From Hydrolagus colliei (taxonomy: Eukaryota), in the NCBI GenBank assembly GCA_035084275.1, contig CM068769.1, positions 434,001 to 498,000 on the forward strand: 64,000 nucleotides of DNA. The letters run 5' to 3'. Within the stretch, counting starts at the first letter, position 1; every line of letters begins with the position of its first letter. Positions 49,601-61,734 of this stretch are shown here, in pieces. The position numbers were made by a program, and so were the translations under genes. The notes under the pieces are model-generated. The model saw only the letters and a program-made list of their open reading frames with translations. It ran no database searches and was not told where the DNA came from.

Positions 49601-51194
49601 GCCCTGTTTTGCAAAGGTGGTGTGGCTGAGCTCTGGGCATGTTATTCCTTGGGGGGGAGTGACTGCCTGAGGGGAAAGTGTACTGTGGGAGCCTTGCCGC
49701 TTCCCCGAGGGCGTGAGTTGGGCAATGGTGGGAGGCGCTATACGATGGGGGTTTGAAGCGGTGCCTTGAGAGGCTGTGCCCTGGGCTGGAGGGGGAAGCT
49801 GGGCCCTTGTGAGAGTGGTGCGTGGTTGATGGGTCAGTGGGTTGGGGTAGGGGGAGACTGAGGAACTTGCCTTGGTGTGCAACTATGTTGAGGAGCTGTG
49901 CCCCTGGGGTTGTATGGTGGGTGGGAGTGGGAGCTAGGGTATGCTCTAGGGGAGCGACCTGTGCCTATATGGGTATCTGTTTCCGGCAAGGAGGGAGGTG
50001 GGGGTGGGGTTGGGGGTGGGGTCTCTGTATCCTTGGAGAAGTGGGTGGGATCTTGTGGGTGTGGTTATGGCTGGGGATTGTGATGAGGCAGATCCCTGGA
50101 GGATGTGGCTGTGCTTGGGAGGTGTTGTTTCCTGTGGGAAGGGTCTGTGTCCCGTGGGTAGGGGAGAGGTGATGGGAGGGGTTTGCTGTGTCTGCTTAGA
50201 GGGGAGTGAGCCTGGTGTGAGTAGGAGAGAGTGGGGGTTTCTATGTCTTGTGGGAGGGGGGCTGTGCCCGGTGGAGGGAGGTGTGTGCTTTGTCTGTTTG
50301 GAGGGTAGCTTTGCCTTGTGGGATGGGGGCTATGTCCTGGTGGGAGGGGAGTTGTGTCTGATGCGATGGGGGCTATGTCTGTGAGGAGGGGTGTTGTATT
50401 GTGTGTGCAGTTGACTGGATTTGCCACCACAAGAGAAGTTAGCCCTCAGGTCCCTGAGTTGTGAAGCTGTGGCAAGTATTGACTAGCCCTGTTTACTGTC
50501 TAACTCTCTTGTGTTTGTGTATAAATTGTCTAAATCTGAGCAAAGTTTATCTAGATTAACAAAACGACAATGTGTGTTTTTGTATATTTGTGAATAACAA
50601 AATGAAGCTTGACGTAGAAATATCATTTATAACTCAGTGGAAAGGTGATTGATATGGACACATTTCACCTGAAAATATGCAGTCAATTCACTTTACAGTA
50701 TATTCTGTTAATCACATTGTGACACGGTCAAGAAGATATGAAAATCGCTATATCAAATGCAAGGATTATTATGATGATACGATTTGGGAGAATATCGAAT
50801 GGTTAATCAGCTTCCGTTCTGGCCTGCTCCACGTCCATCCCCCTCACCACTCCCCCCCCCCCCTACCCCCACCCACCACCAATTTCAGCTGGCGAGTCTT
50901 CAGCCACTCTGTCCCCAACCTCTGGAACTCCATCCCACAATTAGTCCACCTCGCCCCCTCCCTGGCCGCCTTCTAATCTGACTTCAAGACTCTCTTCGAT
51001 GAACTCATCGGTAAACCATTACCCCCATTCTCTCTCCCCCATCCAACCCCATCTCGGATATGAAGAGGTAACTGTTGAACGCCTTGGGGCATCCTCCTGA
51101 TGTGAAACATTCTGTAAAAGTGTAATTTTGTTGTTGTTTATTTCATTAAAAAAAATTAAATTACATTGCGAAATATATGGTGTACATGATATTC

Positions 51195-51475
51195 TACATA
51201 ACATAAGAATTAGGAACAGGAATAGGCCATTCGGCCCCTCGAGTCTGCCCCGCCATTTGATAGAATCATGGCTGATCTTCTGACCTAACTCGAATTACCT
51301 GCCCTATCACCATATCCCCTAATCCCTCTATTTTTAAAAACCCTATCAGTCTTAGCCATGAAAATGTTGAAGGACTGAGCATCTACAGTTTTCTAGGGTA
51401 GTGAATTAATGGAATGCGTGAAGAAATGTTTCCTAAACTCTGTTCTAAAAGGCTGACCCTTAATTTTAAGATTAT
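51195..51475 (-). mobile_element. CR1 LINE 3' end
   Basis: Contains the reverse complement of the CR1 tail (AGGCCATTCGGCC...ATCATGGCTGATCTTCT). Confidence 0.8.
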
Positions 51476-52480
51476 TCTGCAATGAAGCAACAGCAAAAAT
51501 TACAAACCGTTGCAGAGAGAAACAAAAGGCGAGATTCATAAATTTTATAATAATGTAAAATAATGTAGATCCCGGCATATATTCCGGGATCTCGTATTGC
51601 TATTTAAAGCATAATAACCTAATATAAAATATCATAATCATAACCTAAAAATAGTCTTATAAAATTAATAATCGTCTAGTGTACAGTAAAATAATTTACA
51701 ATCATAATATATCTTATTCATTATAGTTGATATAGCACCTTGTGTGTCTTCTAAACATCTCAAACAGTAATTGCCTGTATGTTTTTTGGGTGTAATGTGC
51801 AACAAAATGCACACAGCAGTGTTCCACAAATAGGCCTGGATGGAAGGAATTGTAATACTATTTTGTCATTATTGTGCTTTTTGGTGGGGGATTATTATTT
51901 GGACTATGGGGTAATACAGTATCAACTAATATTATAAATTATAATAGTCTAGCACAAAATATATTACTCTAATATCAGGTATGATAAAGATATGATGAAA
52001 TAATCTAATGCAAAAATATGTCAGTATAATATCAAATATATTGATCAGTTCTAAAGCACAGTAATCAGATATAATGATAAAGTACAACGTAAATTAACAT
52101 AATATTGAAATATTGGAATAGTCAAATCTTTATAGCTTATTGTATCCCATGGTTGCAAACATAGTAGTTTTGGCTACCGCTCCTAAAGGAATAAACAGTT
52201 CCTGTTATCGAGACGGGAATGTGGACTATATGTCAACCCTAGTCATGGAACCATTCTAGTCATTTTTATTATTGTTGTTGTATTGTTTACCCCCTGCCCC
52301 CCCAAAGACACACCCTCCCAATGTGACAGGAGCTCTGGCCATGTACATTGTACTGGGAGACTGCATGTGTATGCAGTCTATAGAAGGGATGCGTATAGAG
52401 TTAGGTGGTTAATCACAATCCTGGGAGACTGGCAATCAAACAGGAAACAGCCTGTTAATAGTTCATATGGTATTTTACAG

Positions 52481-52813
52481 GGATGGAGAGTGTGAGGCTG
52501 GTGAATGGAGGCAGCCCGTGTGCTGGGACAGTGGAGGTTTACGATGCTGGACAATGGGGCACAGTGTATGGATATGGCTACCATGGCTATCGTGTCTTGG
52601 GTGTGGAGGAGGCGGCTGTGGTGTGTAAGGAGCTGGGCTGTGGGGCGGCGCTATCAGTACCAGGGACAGGTCACTATGGGAGAGGGTCAGGTCCCATTGT
52701 GACGTGAAGTGTTTAGTGCAGAGGCAGTGAGGCTGCTCTGAGGTATTGTCACTCACAGCCCTGGGGTCGCTACCCCTGGTCACACTCCCAGGATGCCGTT
52801 GTCACCTGCTCAA
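52481..52813 (+). pseudogene. SRCR (CD163/WC1/DMBT1-like) domain exon with two in-frame stops
   Basis: A 333-nt phase 1-1 exon bounded by tattttacag| and |gtaaat. It reads VRLVNGGSPCAGTVEVY...WGTV...AAVVCKELGCG...YGRGSGPIVT*SV*CRGSEAAL..C...W...SHSQDAVVTCS, with stops at 52705-52707 and 52714-52716. Confidence 0.85.
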
Positions 52814-52869
52814 GTAAATAACTCTGTCAATGGGCATCATCTCGCTCTCGGGGTGTGTGTGGTAGGGGT

Positions 52870-53400
52870 GGGGGGGGGGAGGGGCTGAGCACAGAGGAAG
52901 GGGTTGAGTACAGGGGCAGGGGCTGAGTACAGGGGGAGGGGCTGAGTATAGTGGGTGGGGCTAGGTACAGAGGCAGGGGCTGAGTACAGAGGGAGGGGCT
53001 GAGTATAGTGGGAGAGGCTGAGTATAGTGGGAGGGGCAGAGTACAGAGAGAGAGGCTGAGTACATGGGGAGGGGCTGAGCAAAGGATGAGGGGCTGAGCA
53101 CAGAGGAAGGGGTTGAGTACAGGGGGAGGGGCTGAGTACAAGGGGAGGGGCTGAGTACAGGGGGAGGGGCTGAGTACAGTGGGCGGGGCTGAGCACAGAG
53201 GAAGGGGCTGAGTACAAGGGGAGGGGCTGAGTACAGGGGGAGGGGCTGAGTATAGTGGGAGGGGCTGAGTACATAGGGAGGGCTTGAGGACAGAGGGAGG
53301 GGCTGAGTATAGTGGGAGGGGCTGAGGATAGTGGGAGGAGCAGAGTACAGAGGGAGAGGCTGAGTACAGGGGGAGGGGCTGAGCAAAGGGTGAGGGCCTG
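52870..53400. repeat. 19-bp minisatellite (GGGGCTGAGTACAG...)
   Basis: Tandem units that produce the TQPLPLYSAPP ORFs. Confidence 0.9.
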
Positions 53401-53942
53401 AGCCAGGTGAAGTGGAAGGTGCTGCATTTTGTACACCATAATTTCAAGTGACTTCTGATTATTGAAATTCAAAAAATCAGGTGACCCGGTTACTTAATCC
53501 AACACAAAAAGCGGCCAGAACATGTCGAGTCTGGAGGGGGTCACAAGGGGCTGGGTGTGATGTACACCCGCCCCTTATTATCCCTGCCAGAAAGAGACAT
53601 TAAAATCAGTGACAACTAATATCAATAATAATAATTTGAGAATCGCATCATCCCACATAAAGTGAATTATTCGTTTAATTTGGGGGATTGTCGGCCAGGT
53701 CACAGGACAAATTCCACACAAGCTTCCAATATTGCCACGAGATCAGAACAATCTGCTTGAATAGGCAGCTGCTGATTGGTGACTCACCTGAAGTTAAGCA
53801 ACACTGAAATGGTAAATACACAACCCTGACCCCAGCTCACACTGACCCACAGCTTACACTGACCCCCAGCTCACTCTGACCCCCAGCTCACTCTGACCCC
53901 CAGCTCACACTGATGCTGCGTTAATATTCATTCATATTTTTG

Positions 53943-56900
53943 TTTCAACAACAACAACAACTTAAACTTATAAAGCGCCTTTCACGTCGGGAGGACGTCC
54001 CAAGGCGCTGCACAGGAGGCGTGTGAACCGAGCTGGGAGAGGGGTGTTCGGGAAGAGGTGAGACACGTAGGGGAGGTCGAAAAATTCGGGGGGGCACAAA
54101 AGGCACGGTCGAAGAGGAAAGTCGTCAAACCGGCCTTGAAAGAGGAAAGGGAAGAAACGAAACGGAGGGATTGAGGGATGGAATTCCATAAGGTGGAAGA
54201 GGAAAAACTGAATGCCCGGCCTCCGATGCTGGGGCGGTTCGGGCGGGGGGGTTGGAGCAGGCCAAGTCCTGCTGAACGGAGGGTCCGGGTGGGCTTGTAG
54301 GGGGAGAGTAGATTGGTTCAGTAGGGCCGGGCAAGGCCATGTACGACCTTGAAGGTGAGGACGAGGATCTTGAATTCGATCCTCTGGACGATGGGGAGCC
54401 AGTGGAGACGGGCGAGGGTGGTTGTTATATGGTCGCCGAGGCGGGTGCGGGATAATACACGGGCTACAGAGTTTTGGATGACGTGCAGCCTATGAATGGA
54501 GGAGCTGGGGAGGCCGACGAGGAGAGATTTTCCGTAGTTCAGCCTTGAGGTGATGTACGCGTGCACGAGTGATTCGGCAGCGTGGGGCGTAAGATAATTG
54601 CGGAGCCTGCCAATATTGCGCAGGTGGAAATAAGCGACTGAGGCAGACAGGTACAACTGGGTGTCGTCCGCATACATGTGGAAATTTACCCCATGTTTGC
54701 GGATGACATCGCTCAGAGGGAGCGTATAAATGGTGAAAAGGAGGGGGCCGAGGACAGAGCCCTGAGGGACGCCGTGAGAAACTGTGCGGGGGTTTGAGGA
54801 AAAATCATTGGAAGAAACAAAGTGTAAACGGTGGGTCAAATAAGAATGCAACCAGTGCCTTGAAGGTTGAGGTGGGAGGAAAGACGTTGGAGGAGGATGG
54901 TGTGATCGACTGTGTCGAACGCAGCACACAGGTCAAGGAGGACGAGGATGCAAAGGGAGCCCTGTTCACAGGCGGTTAGGATATCATTTGTAACGTTAAC
55001 TAGGGCAGTTTCTGTGTTGTGAATAGGGCGGAAGCCTGATTGGAGGGGTTCAAGGATTGAGTGAGTTGAAAGGAAAGAGCGGAGCTGGGAGGCAACCACT
55101 CTTTCAAGGACCTTGCATAAAAAGGCGAGGTTGGAGATGGGTCGATAGCTTGATGGTTGCGACGCATCAAGGGAGGGTTTCTTCAGGATAGGGGTGATGG
55201 TGGCTGTTTTAAGGGAGGTAGTGACGGAGACTGCGGAGAGGGAAAGTTTGATGGTGTCAGAAATGAGCGGGGCCAAAAGGTGGAGCTGGGTGTGGAGGAG
55301 GGGGGTGGGAATGGGTTCCAATGAGCACGTGGTGGGTTTCATGTAGGTGATTATTTTTGTGATTGAAGACGGGGTAGTGTGGTTGAAAGTATGAAATGGG
55401 GGGTGGGAGGGTGTTGAGGTAACGGATGGAGGGGCGGAGGTGGAGGAGAGGTGGGGGGAGGAAACCGCGGAGCAGATTTTCTCTATTTTGGACACGAGGA
55501 AGTCCAACATCTCCTCACAACATCTCCTCACCCCATGCTCCGGGTTTGAGGAGAGGATCTGCGAAGCGAAACGGGGGGGCGGAGGAGCTGGTTGGTGGTG
55601 GTGAAGAGGAGGCGGTGGTTGTCCTTCGCTTCCAGGCTTATCCTGGAATAGAAGGCTGATTTGGCGGTGGCTAGGGCGGAGCTGTAAAATCTGATGCAGT
55701 CCAGCCAGATTTGCCGGTGGACCTTGATGCCAGATTTGAGCCAGGTGCGTTCAGCTGCTCTCACTTGGCTTTTGAGGGAGCGGAGATGAGTTGTGTACCA
55801 CGGTGATGATCGGGAGTGGGAGACGGTTCTGGAGGTGATGCGGGCTAGGGTGTCGAGGATAGTGGAGAGGGAGTTGTGGAGGGCGGTGGAGGCGGAGGAT
55901 GGGTCGGTGCAAAAAGAGTGCCACTGTGGGAGGAGGTCGTAGGTTTCGAGCGCAGAGGTGAAATGAAAGTGGGGGAGGGTTTGGGGGGGGCGATGAACTA
56001 ATAGGATTTTGAAGGAGTTGTGGGAGGAGTGAGAGAGGTGAACTTTTCTAAAGAGGGGAAAAAACCGGAGGAGTAGAGGGATAGGGCGAGGGATGATTTT
56101 GAAATGAGGGCCACACCACCGCCTCGACGGTTGGGTCGAGGGGCATGGTGGAATTTGTAATTCGGTGGTGTTGCTTCTACGAGTGGGAAAGTGTCGCCTA
56201 GAGTAATCCCGGTCTCCGTCAGGGCCATGATGTCAACGTTCTCATCGAGGATGAGATCGTTGATGGCCTGGGTCTTGTTGCAGACAGAACGGACATTTTG
56301 GAGGCTGATATTAAAAAAGCATTTAGCCGAGGGGTGAGAGGGGGGGCTGGGATGGTCGGCGGGGCGGGTGGGGATCTGGATAAGGGAGGCGAGTTTGACC
56401 CCCCGGGTTTATGTCCTTTGGGGCTGGCGGTGATGGTGGGGGACAGGGCACTTGGGGTGGCTGCTGTTGGACAGCCAGCGCCGAGTGCCACGGTGAGCCC
56501 GACGGAGGATTCCGAAACTGGAACAAAGGGAAGCGGTGGGAAGGTCGAGCAGGGACAGTAGTCGAGGAGGGCGAAGAGAAAGAAGGGTAGAGAAGGAATA
56601 ACGGATTGGGGGGAAAGAATTGAGGAGGGGAGGGAAGCTCGGGTCATGGCGGCAGCTATATTGCGCACGCGGGAGACCACGAGCGAGGGATCATTGCGGC
56701 GGCATCATCCAAAGCGATGTGAGGCCGTGACAGGGGGATGCAGAGGCGCTGCAGTCTGGAGCATGGCCGGGACTGAGGACGAAGCTGGGGCTGTGGGTTT
56801 CAGGGCCGGTTGCCGGGGCTGCGTGGGCCCGGGCCATGGGTCGACGGATCAAGGCTGGAGCCGGGACCGGGGTAGAGAATCTCGGGGCTGTGTGTCTTGA

Positions 56901-57100
56901 AGCCGGTCTTGGAACCGGGGATGCGGTTCACGGAGCTGTTGGTCGCGGGGCTGGAGCCGATGGATGTGGGTCCTGGGGCTGTGAGTCTCGGGGCTGGAGC
57001 CGGGGCTGCGGGTCCTGGGGCGGTGGCTAGAGTCGGTGTTGTGGGTCCTGGGGCTGGGGCCGGGGCTGTGGGTCTCGGGGCTGGTGCCAGGTCGAGCAAT
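53943..57100 (-). mobile_element. Long L2-clade LINE (APE + RT), frameshifted
   Basis: APE motif LQNVRSVCNKTQAINDLILDENVDIMALTET (~56300-56215). RT motifs [54 protein letters not shown] and YADDTQLY. It has a (GTT)n tail at about 53945 and a Pro/Ala-repeat 5' region. Confidence 0.92.
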
Positions 57101-57225
57101 CTCTGTTATGTGAACTTCTTAATCTCATGCTGCACAGAGACAGCTGTGAGTCTCGGGGGGACAGAAGGGACACATAGAGGACAGCCTAGACATGTCCTCT
57201 ATGTGTCCCTCTCGCTGCCATTTTT

Positions 57226-57870
57226 AAAAGCTGCAGCATCAAGCCAGTTTGCCAAATAATGTACCAAGGATCACTGCAGCCTGAGAAATTTATTGACTTT
57301 CTCCGGTACAAGAAAAATAAATCATATGTCATCCATAATACTGCGATATTTTCCTGCTATCGCAAACAGTAAAATAATGGCTTTCCTTTGGTTCTTCATC
57401 CCTGGATCACTGTCTCCCTCACCTCTATTCCTGTCCCCATCACTGTGTCCCCGCAATCTCCTGCGGGCTCGACTGGCCACCAGGATGTGCCTGACAGTCA
57501 AGGGGTTGAGCAGCAAAATCCCAACGAATGGGAGAATTGGGGTTAAAACAAGGTCGAGGTGGTCATACACATTCCATGGGATAAACGAGTAAACGCTTGC
57601 TTTGGTCACGCAAATCCACGATGTGCTGTTAAATATGAACTCTGGTTCATAGTCAAAGTACCAGGGAATATTTACCCCAATGAAGAACACACTGAGCCCC
57701 GCTATCACTGCAGCAGCTGTTTTTTCAGTGCAATATTTAGTTTTCAGTTGTTGGCTGCAAGCCTTAATGCATATTAAGGCTTGCAGCCAACAACACTTGC
57801 CGGGAAAACCAAATGCAGCGAGAATCGGGTGGTAAATGTCTTCTATTCTGTGAATAATCGGAGTTGTCAT
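57226..57870 (-). pseudogene. GPR139-like GPCR pseudogene with internal deletion, frameshifts and 3' truncation
   Basis: The exon-1 peptide MTTPIIHRIEDIYHPILAAFGFP (57870-57801) is fused through a hairpin to TM4-TM6 (CSQQLKTKYCTEKTAA...LTPILPF.GILLLNPLTVRHILVASRARRRLR). Frameshifted LWMTY and LYRRKSINFSGCSDPWYIIWQTGLMLQLL follow, and homology stops in TM7. Confidence 0.88.
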
Positions 57871-58123
57871 CTTCAAATCGGAAAATATTATGTCTTCTCT
57901 CGGCAGAGGAAGCAGCTGACGGCTGAAAGATGATGCTAGAAAGTCTCAAACGGATTCTTATATAAACCAACAGTGATCGCTTTGTTGAGCCATGTTACCA
58001 CGGGGTCGTCGATGAATTTGAGCCGCATGCAAAACAGTTACTCAACCTGTGTAATGTCATTTCCCTCAAGGATTTAATTTTTGGGGGGCAGCCCATTGTT
58101 TCAACATTGCTGAATCATTGTGA

Positions 58124-58448
58124 AATCCCTTTAGCTCAGAGGTTAGAGCACTCGCCTTACATGCGTGAAACATGTGTTCGAATCCAGGCAAGTCGAGGTG
58201 AAACCTTGAGTAAATGTCCTTGCTCCACAAGGCTGAAAATAATCCTCCCAATAAAAACACAACAATAAAAATTGGTCTTGTCAACCCATGACTGTTTGTG
58301 GGGGGGGGACGCTGTTGTGCGCAATTAGCTGCCGCGTTTTGCCTATAAATATACAGTCACTTCACTTTACAGTATATATTGCGAAGCATTTTGATACGTT
58401 GATAAGGTGGGAAACGCGGTACAGCAAATGCAAGGTTTATTATTATTA
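58124..58448 (+). mobile_element. tRNA-derived SINE
   Basis: Head TAGCTCAGAGGTTAGAGC...GTTCGAATCC with the family body and tail. Confidence 0.75.
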
Positions 58449-61400
58449 TCATCTCCAGTTACGCACTTAATTCACCAGAGTGTAAATTAAAGCAACTTCG
58501 CTCCATAGCGACAAGCTCCCATCTTCATTTATCACAGAGAGTGTGGAGAAGTGCATGGGAGGAACCAAGGTTTTGTGATCACAGTGTGTGTCCTGAGGTT
58601 CCTGTTGAAATGTAAGCAACTAAACCTGAAATGCTTCTCACCGAAAATAATAATCCCTACATTTCCAACAAGACATACATACGTTCCACACATCTGGACA
58701 TGAATTGCGGTATCAGCCACAAAGCTGTTGACCACACTGAGTGATAGCACTCTCACCGCTTAGTTAGAAGGTTATGGGTTCAACAAGGACAACAGCAACA
58801 ACTTCGGTTTTCTATTTTGCCATCCACGGCTGTACAGAGTCTCAGAGCGTTTCACAATAACGGAAGAAGGGGGTGGAGGGGGGGGCAAGCCAAGGGCAGG
58901 GGGGAAAGGTGACCAAAGGCGCGTTGGAAGATAAAGGTGTTTAGCTGAGACTGGAAACTGGGAAGAGAGGGGAAGAGTCGAGGGGAGTGAGGAAGGGAGT
59001 TACAGATCCTCGTGGTGTACTGGGTGATGGTGCAGCGCAGCATTCGGGGGTAGAGGAGGAGACACACATCCCTTCTTTTTGCTCCATGATTTGATATACA
59101 GAGCTTGAGCAGCAATCTGTGTCTCTTAGCAGCAAATCAACCCTAGCTTATGCTTTGCTATACAAACATATGTTCACAAACACCATTCCATGTTACACTC
59201 TGCAGCCGGTAACCAATGAATATCTGTCCTCATCGTGCTGGGAGGACATTTGCTGCACCACCTGTGATTTGCCAGGGTTCCAGTTCAATGCCGCAGATCG
59301 GGAGATCATGTTCGTATTGGTTTACGCCACGTTTCTTTTACAAATTATATAGTTAATTATGTTGACGCATGATGTGCATTATATCGCATCGAAGAAGTGA
59401 TGAGTCAATACATCAAACAAAGGGACTATTATTAATACCATTATTGTCTTTCCCTTCCTAAGAACTCAACAGTCAACCGCAGTTCTGGAAATTAATCATT
59501 TTCAGAAGAGAAATAATCTATTTAGAATCTATTTTAATAACCGTGTGTATTGTATTGTCACAGCCTCACCTGACATAAAGCTCAAGAAGACAAACAAAGT
59601 GATAAACAGTCGCATTGTTGCTCCTCGGTAAAATATCTTTGCACCAGAGTATCATTATACAAATTGCTTGTCGACGTAGAGATGTTTCAACATCACTTCC
59701 GTGACAGAACAGCAGTGCTTCATGTCACGCCCTCCTGTGGCCTTGTTGGCTAGACTAAGCAAATTCCCTGCTGGTCGACCTTCGTAATTCCCCCCTCTGT
59801 AGGCTGCAGATAATCCAGAACTCTACAGCCCGTGTCCTCCACGGTTCCCAACTCCGTGACCCCGTTTCCCCTATTCTTGACCGACATCAATGGCTCCCCA
59901 TCATTCAGAGGATCCAGTTCAAGATCCTGGTCCTCACATTTCACGCAATCCACAACCTTGCCCCACCCTTTATCCGTGACCTCCTATCCCATCACCAAAC
60001 TGCCCGTCTCCTCCGCTCAGCTGTCTCTGGCCTGTTCCACGTCCTCCGACCCTCCCGCCCAACGATTGGCAGGTGAGCCTTTAGTCACTCTGCTCCCAAC
60101 CTCTGGAACACCATTGTGATGTCCCTCCTCCTCGCCACCTCCCTGGCCACCTTCACGTATCTAACCATGGCTCTCCTCTTCGTACCCACAAAGGTTGCAA
60201 TGCGCAACTGGCTGTTGAGTTTCATCAACAAACATATAGTTAGTTAATTTATGTTTATTATTCTGTTATTATTGTTGTATCATTACTGAGTGACGACGTT
60301 ATTATAAATGGACCAAAAACAAGGATTTCGATAACAACGCCATTTGAGAAAAAATAGACATGAATCAATACTGACTAAAACTGAATCCCTTTGTACAACA
60401 ACACAATCTCTCTAGAAAATAATCTTTTTTTTTAGTTTAATGAACATATAATTTCATTGGTTGAAATGGCTAATTTTATTAGCGTGTTTTTCTTGGCGAG
60501 ATTATTATCAGGTGTGTGTGTATATGTATGTGTATATGTCTCTGTGTGTGTTTGCGTTCGTGGAATAGGAAAGCTTGTCCAAGGTTCCACCCTGAACTGC
60601 CTGGATTCGAACACAGTTCTCACGCTTGTCAGGTGAGTGCTCTAACCACTGAGATACAGGAGCTCCACAGTTTGTGGGACAGATCCATATGAAGTGCTTT
60701 TGTGACTCTCGAGTATGTGTTATATCAATGGTAAAGGTCATTATTATTATTTCTATGACTTTCCCTCTTTCCATACATGAATGTATCCACCACTTTGGTT
60801 TGCAGTTGAGATATTGTCACATATTTCCACTGCGAGTGACAGCAGCAAAGTCAGTAATTGTCAAATATGTAAATAGTCAGTACTCATATTTGTGCAGCCA
60901 TTAAAGCATTTGTCTGCACGTGGGTGTTTTAATATCAGTGGTATAATCTGACGGTAACACAGTGTGTGTAAGAATAATAATAAAAAATCTTATTTATCAA
61001 AAGTATAAAATGTAAGATTTATTAGTTTTAGTTTCACTCTTTCCTTACATGAACCACTCTATCACCACTTCTGCTTGTGGTTGGAAATCAGTCACGAGTT
61101 TCCTCTGAGACACAGCAGCAGAGTCAACAAATTGTCAAATAGGTCAACAGTCATTCCAGGCCTCTGAGCTGAGATTAAACTATTTCTCTCCTATTAGCAG
61201 GTTATTGTAAAGTGGGGCAGGCTGACAGCAGTCTGATTCTGACATGGCTTGTTAGAATCATGGTTACAGTGGCTATGTTAGATGCAGCCACAGTGACAGT
61301 CAATCACTTCAATGGACTTCCCGACGTGAGAGGCGCTCTGCACACGTCATTGTGTTATTCTTGATGTTGGGTTCGATACCAGGACAGTGCAACACATTGG

Positions 61401-61734
61401 GCAGATATCCATACTCCACAGGCCTCAGTTTAAAATACATCAATTGGGAAAACTGTTCTATTAAAAGAGCGGTGTACTATTCCTTGGGTATTTTTACAAA
61501 AACGAAATATTACGTTACAGCATTCGCATTATTTACGAAGTCTTCATAAGAGTGGATTCCAAATACAGTGAGAACTGTGTTTGGAATACACACAGGGCGA
61601 ATCCTTCGGCAAATTTCTTAATCCACACGCCCAATAATAATCCGTCCCATACCAAAAAACCTATTACCAATAATAAATTGGTCATTTACATCCACTAATG
61701 TGTTTGGGGACGTTGCTGCGCGCAATTGGCTGCC

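Noticed and set aside
48889-50430. Pro- or Gly-rich ORFs
   Set aside because: They are translations of a G-rich degenerate minisatellite.
58602-58693. Possible V leader exon MCGTYVCLVGNVGIIIF-G|gtgaga with a downstream acceptor
   Set aside because: The implied intron is only 40 nt, and the following sequence has early stops and no Ig V motifs.
60958-60985. CACAGTG heptamer as a possible D-segment RSS (also at about 58580 and 61289)
   Set aside because: There is no acceptable nonamer at 12 or 23 nt and no opposing RSS.
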